Assembly (NCBI GenBank): GCA_038256845.1
Contig: JBBSJY010000001.1
Coordinates: 1-62,579 of the forward strand
DNA length: 62,579 nt
Source: Verrucomicrobiales bacterium
GTDB taxonomy: Bacteria; Verrucomicrobiota; Verrucomicrobiia; Verrucomicrobiales; Akkermansiaceae
Direction of reading: 5' to 3'
Both the position numbers and the translations under genes were made by a program. Shown piece after piece: positions 38,053-46,692 of the stretch; within the stretch, counting starts at the first letter, position 1; each line of letters starts with the position of its first letter. The notes below the pieces were generated by a model. The model did no database searches. It was not told the DNA's origin and was given only the letters and a program-made list of their open reading frames with translations.

Positions 38053-39934
38053 TGCCTGTCTCTCCCCGTCGCCGTTCCCGATCCAGTTTTTCGAGCCAGA
38101 TCACCAGCAGCGCCACATCGGCGGGAGTGATTCCCGGAATCCTTCCGGCTTGGCCCACGGTCCTCGGCCGGATTTCGGAGAAGCGCAGCTTTGCCTCCTT
38201 TTTCAGACCGGGAATAGATTCATAATCCATCAGATCAGGCAGCTGCCGATCCTCGTGTCGCGCCATCCGGTCAATCTGGGTTCGTTGGCGCCCCAAGTGG
38301 CCCGCGTATTTGATATCGGTCTCAATGAGAGGCCAAAGTTCCACGTGGAACTCGCCGCGGATCGTTTCGGGCAATTGTGTCCAGGAGTTTTCACTGCGCC
38401 TTAGCCACTGATCGAGCTTCACTCCTCCGAAACTCGAACGTCCGATCCAAGCTGCGGCCTTGTGAAGATCGGCTTGCTTTTCGACCACCCTCCTGAGGCG
38501 CTCCCCCTCGACCAGCCCCACTGCGCCCCCCCTGGCAGTCAGCCGGAGGTCGGCATTGTCCTGACGGAGGAGAAGCCGATACTCCGCCCGGCTGGTGAAC
38601 ATCCGATAGGGCTCGGTGCACCCGCGGGTGACCAGATCATCCACCATGACGCCCAGGTAGGCTTCGTCCCGCCCGAGGACGAAATCAGGCCGGCCGGTGG
38701 CTTTTAGCGCGGCATTCGCTCCGGCGATGAGCCCCTGCCCGGCGGCCTCCTCGTAGCCCGAGGTCCCATTGATCTGACCCGCGAAAAAGAGCCCCTCCAC
38801 CCTCTTGGTTTCCAAGGTCGGCCGAAGCTGGGTGGGCGGACAGTAATCATACTCCACTGCATACCCCGGTCGCAGGATCTCACAGCGCTCCAAACCAGCA
38901 ATGGTCTGGAGAAAGGAAAGTTGGACCTCGTAAGGGAGCGAGGTCGAGACCCCGTTGACATAATACTCGTGGGTATGACGCCCCTCGGGCTCGAGAAACA
39001 CCTGGTGGCGTTCTTTTTCCGCGAACCGGACGACCTTGTCCTCGATGGACGGGCAATACCGGGGTCCCACACCCTCGATCACTCCACAATACATCGGCGA
39101 TTGATGGAGATTTCCCGCGATGATCGCGTGGGTGGCGGAATTGGTGTAAGTGATCCAGCAAGGCATCTGTTCCACGTGGAACGTCGGATCCCCCCAAGCA
39201 TTGAGTGTGAAGATGTCATCAGGAGTCCGCACGAGGCGATCCGCCATGAAACTGAACTTCGGCACCGGCGCATCGCCGTCCTGGCGCTCGCAGCGGCTGA
39301 AATCGATCGAGCGGCCGTTGAGACGGCACGGAGTCCCGGTCTTGAAACGATCCAGATCGAATCCGAGGCGCTTCAACGAGTCGGAAACCGTTGAGACCGC
39401 ATCGCCCATCCGCCCGCCTTTTTCATTCCGCAGCCCCACATGCATCAATCCCCGCATGAAGGTCCCCGCGCTGAGGACGACCGTAAGGCCTTCAATTTCC
39501 ATTCCCAGGGAAGTTGTGACCCCTTTCACCCTGTCTTTCTCCACCAGGATGTCCGCCACATTCCCCTGGTGAATCTCGACACCGGGGGTCCCCTCCAGGA
39601 CGTGCTTCAGGCGAAATTGGTAGGCCTTTTTGTCACACTGCGCGCGAGGGGCGCGGACGGATGGCCCCTTGGAGGCGTTCAACATGCGCCACTGGATTCC
39701 GGTGGCATCCGTATTCAGTCCCATCACGCCCCCCAAGGCATCGATCTCCCGGACCATGTGGCCCTTAGCCAATCCGCCAATCGCAGGGTTGCAGGACATC
39801 TGGCCGATGGTGTCTAGGTTTTGGGTCAGCACCGCCACTTGGCAACCCAGCCGTGCCGCCGCCATGGCCGCCTCGATTCCGGCATGCCCCGCACCGATTA
39901 CAATGACGTCATATCGTTTGGGAAAGCGGAACAT
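38036..39934 (-). CDS. mnmG: tRNA uridine-5-carboxymethylaminomethyl modification enzyme MnmG/GidA
   Basis: [62 protein letters not shown]. Confidence 0.97.
   Translation of the reverse strand: MFRFPKRYDVIVIGAGHAGIEAAMAAARLGCQVAVLTQNLDTIGQMSCNPAIGGLAKGHMVREIDALGGVMGLNTDATGIQWRMLNASKGPSVRAPRAQCDKKAYQFRLKHVLEGTPGVEIHQGNVADILVEKDRVKGVTTSLGMEIEGLTVVLSAGTFMRGLMHVGLRNEKGGRMGDAVSTVSDSLKRLGFDLDRFKTGTPCRLNGRSIDFSRCERQDGDAPVPKFSFMADRLVRTPDDIFTLNAWGDPTFHVEQMPCWITYTNSATHAIIAGNLHQSPMYCGVIEGVGPRYCPSIEDKVVRFAEKERHQVFLEPEGRHTHEYYVNGVSTSLPYEVQLSFLQTIAGLERCEILRPGYAVEYDYCPPTQLRPTLETKRVEGLFFAGQINGTSGYEEAAGQGLIAGANAALKATGRPDFVLGRDEAYLGVMVDDLVTRGCTEPYRMFTSRAEYRLLLRQDNADLRLTARGGAVGLVEGERLRRVVEKQADLHKAAAWIGRSSFGGVKLDQWLRRSENSWTQLPETIRGEFHVELWPLIETDIKYAGHLGRQRTQIDRMARHEDRQLPDLMDYESIPGLKKEAKLRFSEIRPRTVGQAGRIPGITPADVALLVIWLEKLDRERRRGETGIIPIV
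38337..38352. other. parS site
   Basis: AGTTCCACGTGGAACT, a perfect palindrome matching the parS consensus; inside mnmG. Confidence 0.85.
39168..39183. other. parS site
   Basis: TGTTCCACGTGGAACG; inside mnmG. Confidence 0.85.
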
Positions 39935-39985
39935 CCGGGCGCGCACCATAAGTGACCTTTCCCAGGTCTCAAGCCCCGATATGCC

Positions 39986-40396
39986 TTACGTTCCACGTGG
40001 AACATCAGGCGGTTTTTCCAGGATTCCCGCCGTCGCACGTGGCAGCAGCGCGTCAAGCGGGTACTCCAGCTCTTCGACCCGGTTCGCCAGCCGGATCACC
40101 GGAACCCCGAACTCCACCAACACCTGGCGGCAAGCCCCGCAGGGCGAAACGGGCACTGCCGTATCCGCCACTACGGCGATGCCCCAAAACTCCCGCGCTC
40201 CCGCCGCGATGGCCGATCCGACCGCGACACGCTCGGCGCAAATCGTCAGGCCGTAGGAGAGATTCTCCACGTTGCAGCCGGTGAAGACCCGCCCGTCGGC
40301 CGCCAGCAGCGCGGCCCCGACCTTGAACGAGGAATAGGGCGCGTGGGCATTCTCCCGGACATTCCATGCCGCCTCGATCAACGGTTGCCAGCTCAT
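39986..40396 (-). CDS. cdd: Cytidine deaminase
   Basis: APYS.FKVGAA, GCNVEN, CAER, SPCGACRQ. Confidence 0.93.
   Translation of the reverse strand: MSWQPLIEAAWNVRENAHAPYSSFKVGAALLAADGRVFTGCNVENLSYGLTICAERVAVGSAIAAGAREFWGIAVVADTAVPVSPCGACRQVLVEFGVPVIRLANRVEELEYPLDALLPRATAGILEKPPDVPRGT
39989..40004. other. parS site
   Basis: CGTTCCACGTGGAACA at the 3' end of cdd. Confidence 0.85.
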
Positions 40397-40497
40397 AGGC
40401 GGACGATAGCGGTTCCGCCTGCAACCAGAACGAAAAAGGGTTGCTTTCCGGAAAAATTACCCTCGCGAAGCTCATCATAGTTTCCAATGCTCCCGCC

Positions 40498-41067
40498 ATG
40501 CACCGCTGGCTTCCGCTTTGTCTCATCATTGTCCTCTTGATCGCCTTCCGAGTGATCGGCAGCGCCTTTCCCGAGCAATTCCCCAACTTCCAGCCGCTTC
40601 CCGCAATTCTCCTATGCAGCCTTGTATTCCTCAATGGCTGGCAGCGGTGGGCGCTCCCGCTGGCGGTTTGGCTGGTGACGGATCCCCTCACCAGCTTGTT
40701 TCAGGGTTACCCCGCCGTCGGGCCGCACCACGCGAGTCTGGTCCTGGGACTACTTGCCATCTTCTGCGTCTCGCTTTGGACCCGCCGTCAGCCCACTGCC
40801 GGTCCGGTGCTCCTTTCCGCCGCGGTTGCAGCCCTGGCTTTCTATTTTCTGACGAATCTCGTCTCTTTCGCGCTGGATCCGCTCTATCCCAAGAACGCCG
40901 CCGGATTTCTCCAAGCGCAGTGGACGGGGCCCTTGGGCTACGGTCCCACCTGGCTGTTTCTCCGCAACCTGCTGGCCGCGAACCTGCTCTTTACCAGCCT
41001 GTTCCTGGCCGCGCGCTTCCAGCTCCCGCGGCTGTCAAGCGCACCTGTTGCGGGTGATGCCAGATAA
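40498..41067 (+). CDS. DUF6580-like putative membrane transport protein
   Basis: R.....PNF.P..AI, F...TN, F.RN...N..F pattern; multi-TM. Confidence 0.6.
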   Translation: MHRWLPLCLIIVLLIAFRVIGSAFPEQFPNFQPLPAILLCSLVFLNGWQRWALPLAVWLVTDPLTSLFQGYPAVGPHHASLVLGLLAIFCVSLWTRRQPTAGPVLLSAAVAALAFYFLTNLVSFALDPLYPKNAAGFLQAQWTGPLGYGPTWLFLRNLLAANLLFTSLFLAARFQLPRLSSAPVAGDAR

Positions 41068-41121
41068 GTCTTGCCTCGATTCCCCCGCCCTTTCTTAGTC
41101 CCTCCACTCTTTCCGCCGACC

Positions 41122-42198
41122 ATGTCCAGTGCCGCTCCCGCCCACCTCGATTTCGCCTCGTCGCCCGTCAACAAGTCTCTCACCGCCGACCGGAAAATTG
41201 AGCTCTTCACCCTGATGGTGCGGATTCGGCGTTTCGAGTCCTCCGCGCTCAAATATTATTCGGCTGGAAAGATGGGAGGCTTCCTCCATCTCTACAACGG
41301 TCAGGAATCCGTCGCCGTGGGCACCATTTCACTCGGCGGCCCCGACGATCACTTCATCACCGCCTACCGCGACCACGGCCATGCCCTTGCGGTGGGCATG
41401 GGCATGAATGAGTGCATGGCGGAGCTGTTTGGCAAACAAACCGGCTGTTCGAAAGGCAAAGGCGGATCGATGCACTTTTTCGCCCCCGACAAGAATTTCT
41501 GGGGCGGCCACGGCATTGTCGCCGGCCAGACTCCGCTCGGCCTGGGGCTCGCCTACGGTTTAAAATACCTCGAAAAAGAAGGCTGCTGCCTCTGCTACCT
41601 CGGCGATGGTGCGGTCAACCAAGGCGTATTTCACGAATCTCTCAACCTCGCATCTCTCTTTGGAATACCGGTAGTCTATATCATCGAAAACAACGGCTAC
41701 TCAATGGGCACTTCCCAGAAACGGTCGTCGGCATACAGCGGATGCCTCGCCCAGCGCGCAGAGGCCTATGACATGGAGTGGGATGTGATTGACGGCTCCG
41801 ATCTCTACGAAGTCCGCGCCAAGACCAATATCGCGATGGAGCGGGCGAAAAAGGAGCAGAAACCCACGCTTCTGGAAATCGACACCTACCGCTACTACGG
41901 CCACAGCGTCGCAGATGCCAATTACAAGAAATACCGCACTCCCGAGGAAATCGAGGCTTACAAAAAAAACCACGATCCCATCACCTTGTTCCGCGCCCGT
42001 TTGATCGAGGAAGGAGTGCTCACCGACGAAAGCGCCGATGCCATCAACAAGGCCGCCTCCGAAGAAGCCGCCGCCGCCGTGAAGTTCGCCGATGAATCCC
42101 CCGCCCCCACCATCTCCGACATCAGCACCGATGTCTACTGGGAAACCGACAACCAGACCGACGCCTCCGCAATCGGCCGCCATTTCTTCAACGACTGA
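41122..42198 (+). CDS. pdhA: Pyruvate dehydrogenase E1 alpha
   Basis: GGFLHLYNGQE, YRDH, GKGGSMH, GDGAVNQG TPP motif, TYRYYGHS. Confidence 0.93.
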   Translation: MSSAAPAHLDFASSPVNKSLTADRKIELFTLMVRIRRFESSALKYYSAGKMGGFLHLYNGQESVAVGTISLGGPDDHFITAYRDHGHALAVGMGMNECMAELFGKQTGCSKGKGGSMHFFAPDKNFWGGHGIVAGQTPLGLGLAYGLKYLEKEGCCLCYLGDGAVNQGVFHESLNLASLFGIPVVYIIENNGYSMGTSQKRSSAYSGCLAQRAEAYDMEWDVIDGSDLYEVRAKTNIAMERAKKEQKPTLLEIDTYRYYGHSVADANYKKYRTPEEIEAYKKNHDPITLFRARLIEEGVLTDESADAINKAASEEAAAAVKFADESPAPTISDISTDVYWETDNQTDASAIGRHFFND

Positions 42199-42246
42199 TA
42201 TACTAGAGTTCCAGTAGTTCCATCTTTTCCCAAGCCACTCTTCAAC

Positions 42247-43233
42247 ATGTCCCGCACTCTCAGCTACCGCGAAGCCCTCCGCGAAGGTCTCGACGAAGAA
42301 CTCGAACGCGATTCCAACGTCGTCCTGATGGGTGAGGAAGTCGCACAATACAACGGTGCCTACAAGGTGACCGAGGGCCTTTGGAAGAAGTGGGGCGACA
42401 AGCGTATTGTCGATACCCCGATCTCCGAGGCCGGCTTCATCGGCATGGGCATCGGTGCATCCATGCTCGGCATCCGGCCGGTGATGGAACTCATGTTCTG
42501 GTCGTTCCACTCCGTGGCCTTCGACCAGCTGGTGAACAACGCCGCCTGTGTCCGGTATATGTCCGGCGGCCTCTGCCACTGCCCGATCGTCGTCCGGGGC
42601 CCCGCCAATGGTGGCACCGGAGTGGGTGCCACCCACTCACACGTTCCGGAAGGTCTCTTCGCCGCATTCCCCGGGCTCAAAGTCTGCGCCCCTGCCACCC
42701 CCGCCGACGCGAAGGGTCTCATCAAGGCCGCCATCCGTGACAACGACCCGGTTTACGTGATGGAAAACACCCTGCTCTACGGAACCACCGGAGAAGTCCC
42801 GGATCCCGCGGACGGCGACCATGTCGTGCCACTGGGACTTGCCGATATCAAACGCGAGGGTTCGGACATCTCCCTCATCGCCCACGGCCGCTCGGTGCTC
42901 CACGCCTTGGCCGCCGCGGAAACCCTCATGGAGGAACATGGCATCAGCGCGGAAGTTCTCGATCTGCGCTCGATCCGTCCGCTCGACCAGGACGCAATTC
43001 TCAAGACGGTCATGAAGACCCACCGCGCCGTGCTGGTGGACGAATCCAAGCCATTCGGTGGCGTCTCGGCAATGGTCGCGACGCTGATCCAAGAACATGC
43101 CTTTGATTATCTCGATGCACCCGTGAAGCGAGTTTGCACAATCGACGCACCTGCAATTTACTCACCACACATTGAGAATGAACAACTTCCAAACCCAAAG
43201 CGGATCGTTGAAAAGGTTCTCTCCATCGTCTGA
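42247..43233 (+). CDS. pdhB: Pyruvate dehydrogenase E1 beta
   Basis: MGEEVAQYNGAYKVT, DTPISEAGF, DLRSIRPLD, FDYLDAP. Confidence 0.93.
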   Translation: MSRTLSYREALREGLDEELERDSNVVLMGEEVAQYNGAYKVTEGLWKKWGDKRIVDTPISEAGFIGMGIGASMLGIRPVMELMFWSFHSVAFDQLVNNAACVRYMSGGLCHCPIVVRGPANGGTGVGATHSHVPEGLFAAFPGLKVCAPATPADAKGLIKAAIRDNDPVYVMENTLLYGTTGEVPDPADGDHVVPLGLADIKREGSDISLIAHGRSVLHALAAAETLMEEHGISAEVLDLRSIRPLDQDAILKTVMKTHRAVLVDESKPFGGVSAMVATLIQEHAFDYLDAPVKRVCTIDAPAIYSPHIENEQLPNPKRIVEKVLSIV

Positions 43234-43236
43234 ACC

Positions 43237-43563
43237 ATGAAAGCAGCATCACTGGTCATCATCGCCTGCCTCGCCTTCTCCTGTCAGCCGAAAGAGGATG
43301 GAGCATCCGAAATTCCCATTGTGCCCGACCCGGCGGATCGTTCTCCAGCTAACAACCGGCCGATGACACCTTCGCCCGGAGATCCGGATCCCTATCTCGG
43401 TCTGACCCGCGAGGCTGCCGGAGAGCGGGCCGATGCGGCTGGCATTCTCCACAGGGTCGTCGAAATCGATGGCGAGTCCCGACCCGTGACCATGGACCAT
43501 CGTCCGGACCGGGTCAACTTCGCCATAAGAGATGGGCTCGTCATCCGCGTTACCAAGGGTTGA
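43237..43563 (+). CDS. Lipoprotein with I78 peptidase-inhibitor-like domain
   Basis: Lipobox-like AFSC; C-terminal VTMDHRPDRVNF....G.V..V..G. Confidence 0.7.
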   Translation: MKAASLVIIACLAFSCQPKEDGASEIPIVPDPADRSPANNRPMTPSPGDPDPYLGLTREAAGERADAAGILHRVVEIDGESRPVTMDHRPDRVNFAIRDGLVIRVTKG

Positions 43564-43600
43564 ACGCTTTCTAGGCGCTGAAATGCGGCCGTCTTTTTGA

Positions 43601-43628
43601 TTGCCAATCCAATCGCTGTTTCTAGCAT
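43601..43628 (+). promoter_or_regulatory. Sigma70-like promoter for the small ORF
   Basis: TTGCCA-N16-TAGCAT, 8 nt before the ATG at 43637. Confidence 0.55.
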
Positions 43629-43636
43629 CGCCGAAG

Positions 43637-43711
43637 ATGAATCGCGTTCTCGCAGCCATATTGATCACAGCCGTCGCGGTCGCCATGACCTCCTGCTGTT
43701 GCTTGTTCTGA
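43637..43711 (+). CDS. 24-aa small ORF MNRVLAAILITAVAVAMTSCCCLF (lipoprotein-signal-like, Cys3)
   Basis: Read directly from sequence; basic N-terminus, hydrophobic core, TSC lipobox-like site, own promoter; resembles the N-terminus of the next gene. Confidence 0.6.
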   Translation: MNRVLAAILITAVAVAMTSCCCLF

Positions 43712-43742
43712 TAGCCTCCATCATCCCATAAACATACGAACC

Positions 43743-44141
43743 ATGAAAAACCTGCTTCTGATCGTTTCCCTTGTTGCCGTCTCGCTCGGCTTTTCCTCCT
43801 GTTGCTCGATGTTCGGCATCACCAAATCAAGCGCCGGTTTCGTCACCGAAACCCGCCAGGTGAAAACGTGCGGGTATGAGACCATCACCGAGGAAGTCTG
43901 GGTCGGAGGTTCTGCCAAGGATGGCGGTATGATGCAAACGGTTGAGAAAAGGGTTCCCCGCTACAAGACCGTCACCGATGAGGTTCGCATTCCCTGCGGA
44001 AAATGCACCCGTTACTACTGCCCGAAAAAGGATTGCTGCGGCACCACCTCGCAACAAACCATCCAAATGGCCAGCGTCCAAGGATCCTCCGGCAGTCCGA
44101 ACCTGGGCTTGATTCCGACGATGAAGCCGATCGCTCCCTGA
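43743..44141 (+). CDS. Cysteine-rich small lipoprotein
   Basis: Signal ending FSSCC, 8 Cys, YETITEEV/YKTVTDEV repeats. Confidence 0.8.
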   Translation: MKNLLLIVSLVAVSLGFSSCCSMFGITKSSAGFVTETRQVKTCGYETITEEVWVGGSAKDGGMMQTVEKRVPRYKTVTDEVRIPCGKCTRYYCPKKDCCGTTSQQTIQMASVQGSSGSPNLGLIPTMKPIAP

Positions 44142-44170
44142 GCCCGCGAGGACCTCATTCGAAACCTTTC

Positions 44171-44207
44171 CAAAGAGCGCGGAGGCAGGATTGCCCCGCG
44201 CTTTTTG
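44171..44207 (+). terminator. Rho-independent terminator
   Basis: AAAGAGCGCGG..GGCA-loop-TGCC.CCGCGCTTTTTG hairpin with T tract. Confidence 0.7.
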
Positions 44208-44291
44208 CTTTCCCCTCCCGACCTCTCAAAAAGGGCTGGAATTGCCATCCCAATCTCCCATCCTCCCTCCGACCTCACTTCAAACGACGCC

Positions 44292-45620
44292 ATGCCTGTG
44301 AACATTGAAATGCCGAAGCTCTCCGACACCATGACCGAGGGCACCCTCATCAAATGGCACAAGCAGGTGGGAGACACCGTGGAGATCGGCGACATCCTCG
44401 CCGAAGTGGAAACGGACAAGGCGACCATGGAAATGGAAGCCTTCGATGATGGTGTGATCACCGAAATCCGCATCCAGGAAGGCGAGAAAGCTCCGATCGG
44501 TGGCGTTCTCGCCGTCCTCGACGGGGAGGATTCGCCACCCGAAAAGAAAGTGGAGTCATCGCCGGATGCCGAAGAGGAACCCCCCCGGAAAGAACCCGAG
44601 ACCACAAAATCTCCGGAACCCCAGCCGACACCATCCTCCAGCACGCCCGTTGACGACGGCACCCGCATCAAGGCTTCGCCGCTCGCCCGCAAGATCGCCG
44701 CTGAGACTGGCGTCGATCTCCGTGAAGTCTCCGGATCCGGTCCTGCCGGCAGGATCGTGAAGAAAGACGTCGAAGCCGCATCCTCCGCAACGGGTGGCAA
44801 GAAACCCGCTTCCAGCGAGGCATCCGCAGCCGCGGCACTCGCCGCATCTGCAAAATCAAAGGTCGGAGGAAGCCCTCAGGCGCCTGCCGCCGCCGCCGCG
44901 CCCCGGGCGATCGTTCCGGTCGCGAAAGATGGCGACGAAACCGTTCCACTCAGCTCGATGCGGAAAATCATCGCCTCGCGACTGCTCATCTCCAAGACCA
45001 CCATCCCCCACTTCTACCTTCACGTCGAAGTCGATGCCGCGCCACTCATGGCGCTGCGCAAACAGGTCAACGACCAATCCGAGAAAACCCACGGGAACAA
45101 GTTCTCGGTCAACGATTTCATCCTGAAAGCCGTCATCAACGCCGCCCAGGCAGTGCCCGCCGTCAACGCCTCCTTTGCCGAAGAGCACATCGTGAAATTC
45201 AAACACGTCGGACTCTCGGTCGCCATTGCGGTGGAAGACGGGCTGGTCACACCCGTCATCAAGGAAGCCGAATCAAAGTCCCTGCTCGCCATTTCCAAGG
45301 CCGTCAAAGACTTCGCCGTCCGCGCGAAGGACAAGAAGCTGAAACCCGACGAATTCGACGGAGGCACCATCACCGTCTCGAATCTGGGTGCCTGGGGGAT
45401 CGAATCATTCGACGCCATCGTGAACCCGCCTCAAGCGGCGATCCTCTCGGTCGGCGCGGCGCTGGAGAAACCGGTGGTCAAGAACGGCCAAATCATTCCA
45501 GGGCTCCGGATGAACCTCGGCCTCTCCTGCGATCACAGGGTCGTCGATGGCGCCGTGGGCGCTGCTTTCCTCGCGGAGGTCAAGAAACTCATCGAGCAGC
45601 CAGCCCTGATGCTCCTCTGA
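44292..45620 (+). CDS. pdhC: Pyruvate dehydrogenase E2 dihydrolipoamide acetyltransferase
   Basis: Lipoyl domain EVETDKATME, ASPLARK E3-binding domain, DHRVVDG. Confidence 0.93.
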   Translation: MPVNIEMPKLSDTMTEGTLIKWHKQVGDTVEIGDILAEVETDKATMEMEAFDDGVITEIRIQEGEKAPIGGVLAVLDGEDSPPEKKVESSPDAEEEPPRKEPETTKSPEPQPTPSSSTPVDDGTRIKASPLARKIAAETGVDLREVSGSGPAGRIVKKDVEAASSATGGKKPASSEASAAAALAASAKSKVGGSPQAPAAAAAPRAIVPVAKDGDETVPLSSMRKIIASRLLISKTTIPHFYLHVEVDAAPLMALRKQVNDQSEKTHGNKFSVNDFILKAVINAAQAVPAVNASFAEEHIVKFKHVGLSVAIAVEDGLVTPVIKEAESKSLLAISKAVKDFAVRAKDKKLKPDEFDGGTITVSNLGAWGIESFDAIVNPPQAAILSVGAALEKPVVKNGQIIPGLRMNLGLSCDHRVVDGAVGAAFLAEVKKLIEQPALMLL

Positions 45621-45640
45621 GTCCCGACGAAGGCCGCCCG

Positions 45641-45673
45641 ATAGGTCTCATGATTCCCATGAGGCCTATTTTT
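45641..45673 (+). terminator. Hairpin terminator after pdhC
   Basis: ATAGGTCTCATG-ATTCC-CATGAGGCCTAT followed by TTTT. Confidence 0.65.
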
Positions 45674-45679
45674 GTGCCC

Positions 45680-45930
45680 GGCTTCCACGTGGCTCTCTCT
45701 GATGATTTCGTTATTTTTTGAACGGATAAGATCATCATCTTCATAGTGGGGACAAGTCGTGAAAACGGGTGTTCCTCACCCTTGGCAAGGGTGTTCCACG
45801 CGAAGAACAAGATGGGCACGGGGCATCACGGGTTGCGGGCGAAACGGTGCGGAGGAACTGGATGCCGAACAATCGCCCAGCGATTCGGAGGTTATTCCCA
45901 CGCTATGCCGCTGTTCATCCACATCGGTCG
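45680..45930. other. Candidate chromosomal replication origin (oriC)
   Basis: AT-rich stretch 45701-45745, trinucleotide run ATCATCATCTTCATAG next to DnaA-box-like TGGGGACAA (45747), further boxes TTATTCCCA (45892) and TCATCCACA (45915); parS sites and mnmG about 6 kb away. Confidence 0.45.
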
Positions 45931-45971
45931 GTCTTGCACCTGAGAGGAGGCATCCCGCAAGCTTCAGCGGA

Positions 45972-46622
45972 ATGAAACACCTCGTGATCACGGGCGGACG
46001 CGGAGGTCTGGGGAAAGCGGTGGCGGACGCCTTCAGTGGTCCTGATTGGGCAGTCGCACCGTTGGGGCGAACGGAGCTGGACGTTTGCGATGAGGCCGCC
46101 GTTTCCGCCTTCTTCGCCAGCCAGCCGGTGGATCTTCTGGTATGCGCGGCCGGATGGGTGAGAGACGCGCCCTTGCTCGGCCAGTCAGAGAAGGATCGTG
46201 ACCGAATCCTTGCAGTCAATTTCAAGGGAGCCGCTGAATGCGCCAAGGCGGTGCTCCCCGACATGTTGCGGCGGAAACGCGGCCACATCATTTTCATATC
46301 CAGCCACTCCGCGCTTCACCCTCCCAACGGGCAAACCGCCTACGCCGCTGCCAAGGCCGGACTTCTCGGCCTCGCCGCCTCGCTCGCCAGCCAATACGGC
46401 GGAGATGGTATCCGGATCAATACGGTGGTCCCCGGATTGATGGAAACCCCGATGACTTCCGGTATCTCCTTCGATCGTCGGGAAGCGATCCGCCATGAGC
46501 ATGTCCTCCGCCGATTCAACACGCCGGAGGCCGTCGCAAGCTTCATCCGCCATCTCGAAGAATGCCTGCCCCATACCTCAGGGCAGATTTTCCAGCTCGA
46601 CAGCCGTCCGTCGGGTCCCTGA
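45972..46622 (+). CDS. Short-chain dehydrogenase/reductase
   Basis: TGGRGGLG, YAAAK, IRIN.V.PG...T.M. Confidence 0.88.
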   Translation: MKHLVITGGRGGLGKAVADAFSGPDWAVAPLGRTELDVCDEAAVSAFFASQPVDLLVCAAGWVRDAPLLGQSEKDRDRILAVNFKGAAECAKAVLPDMLRRKRGHIIFISSHSALHPPNGQTAYAAAKAGLLGLAASLASQYGGDGIRINTVVPGLMETPMTSGISFDRREAIRHEHVLRRFNTPEAVASFIRHLEECLPHTSGQIFQLDSRPSGP

Positions 46623-46692
46623 ATGGACGTGCGTGAATGCGCTCCAGCGGAATTCCGTTGCAAATTGCCACATCGTATTCCGTAGAAAACCC

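Noticed and set aside
45682-45807. CTTCCACGTGGCT and TGTTCCACGCGAAG as additional parS sites
   Set aside because: Only half-site matches with several mismatches; not called as features
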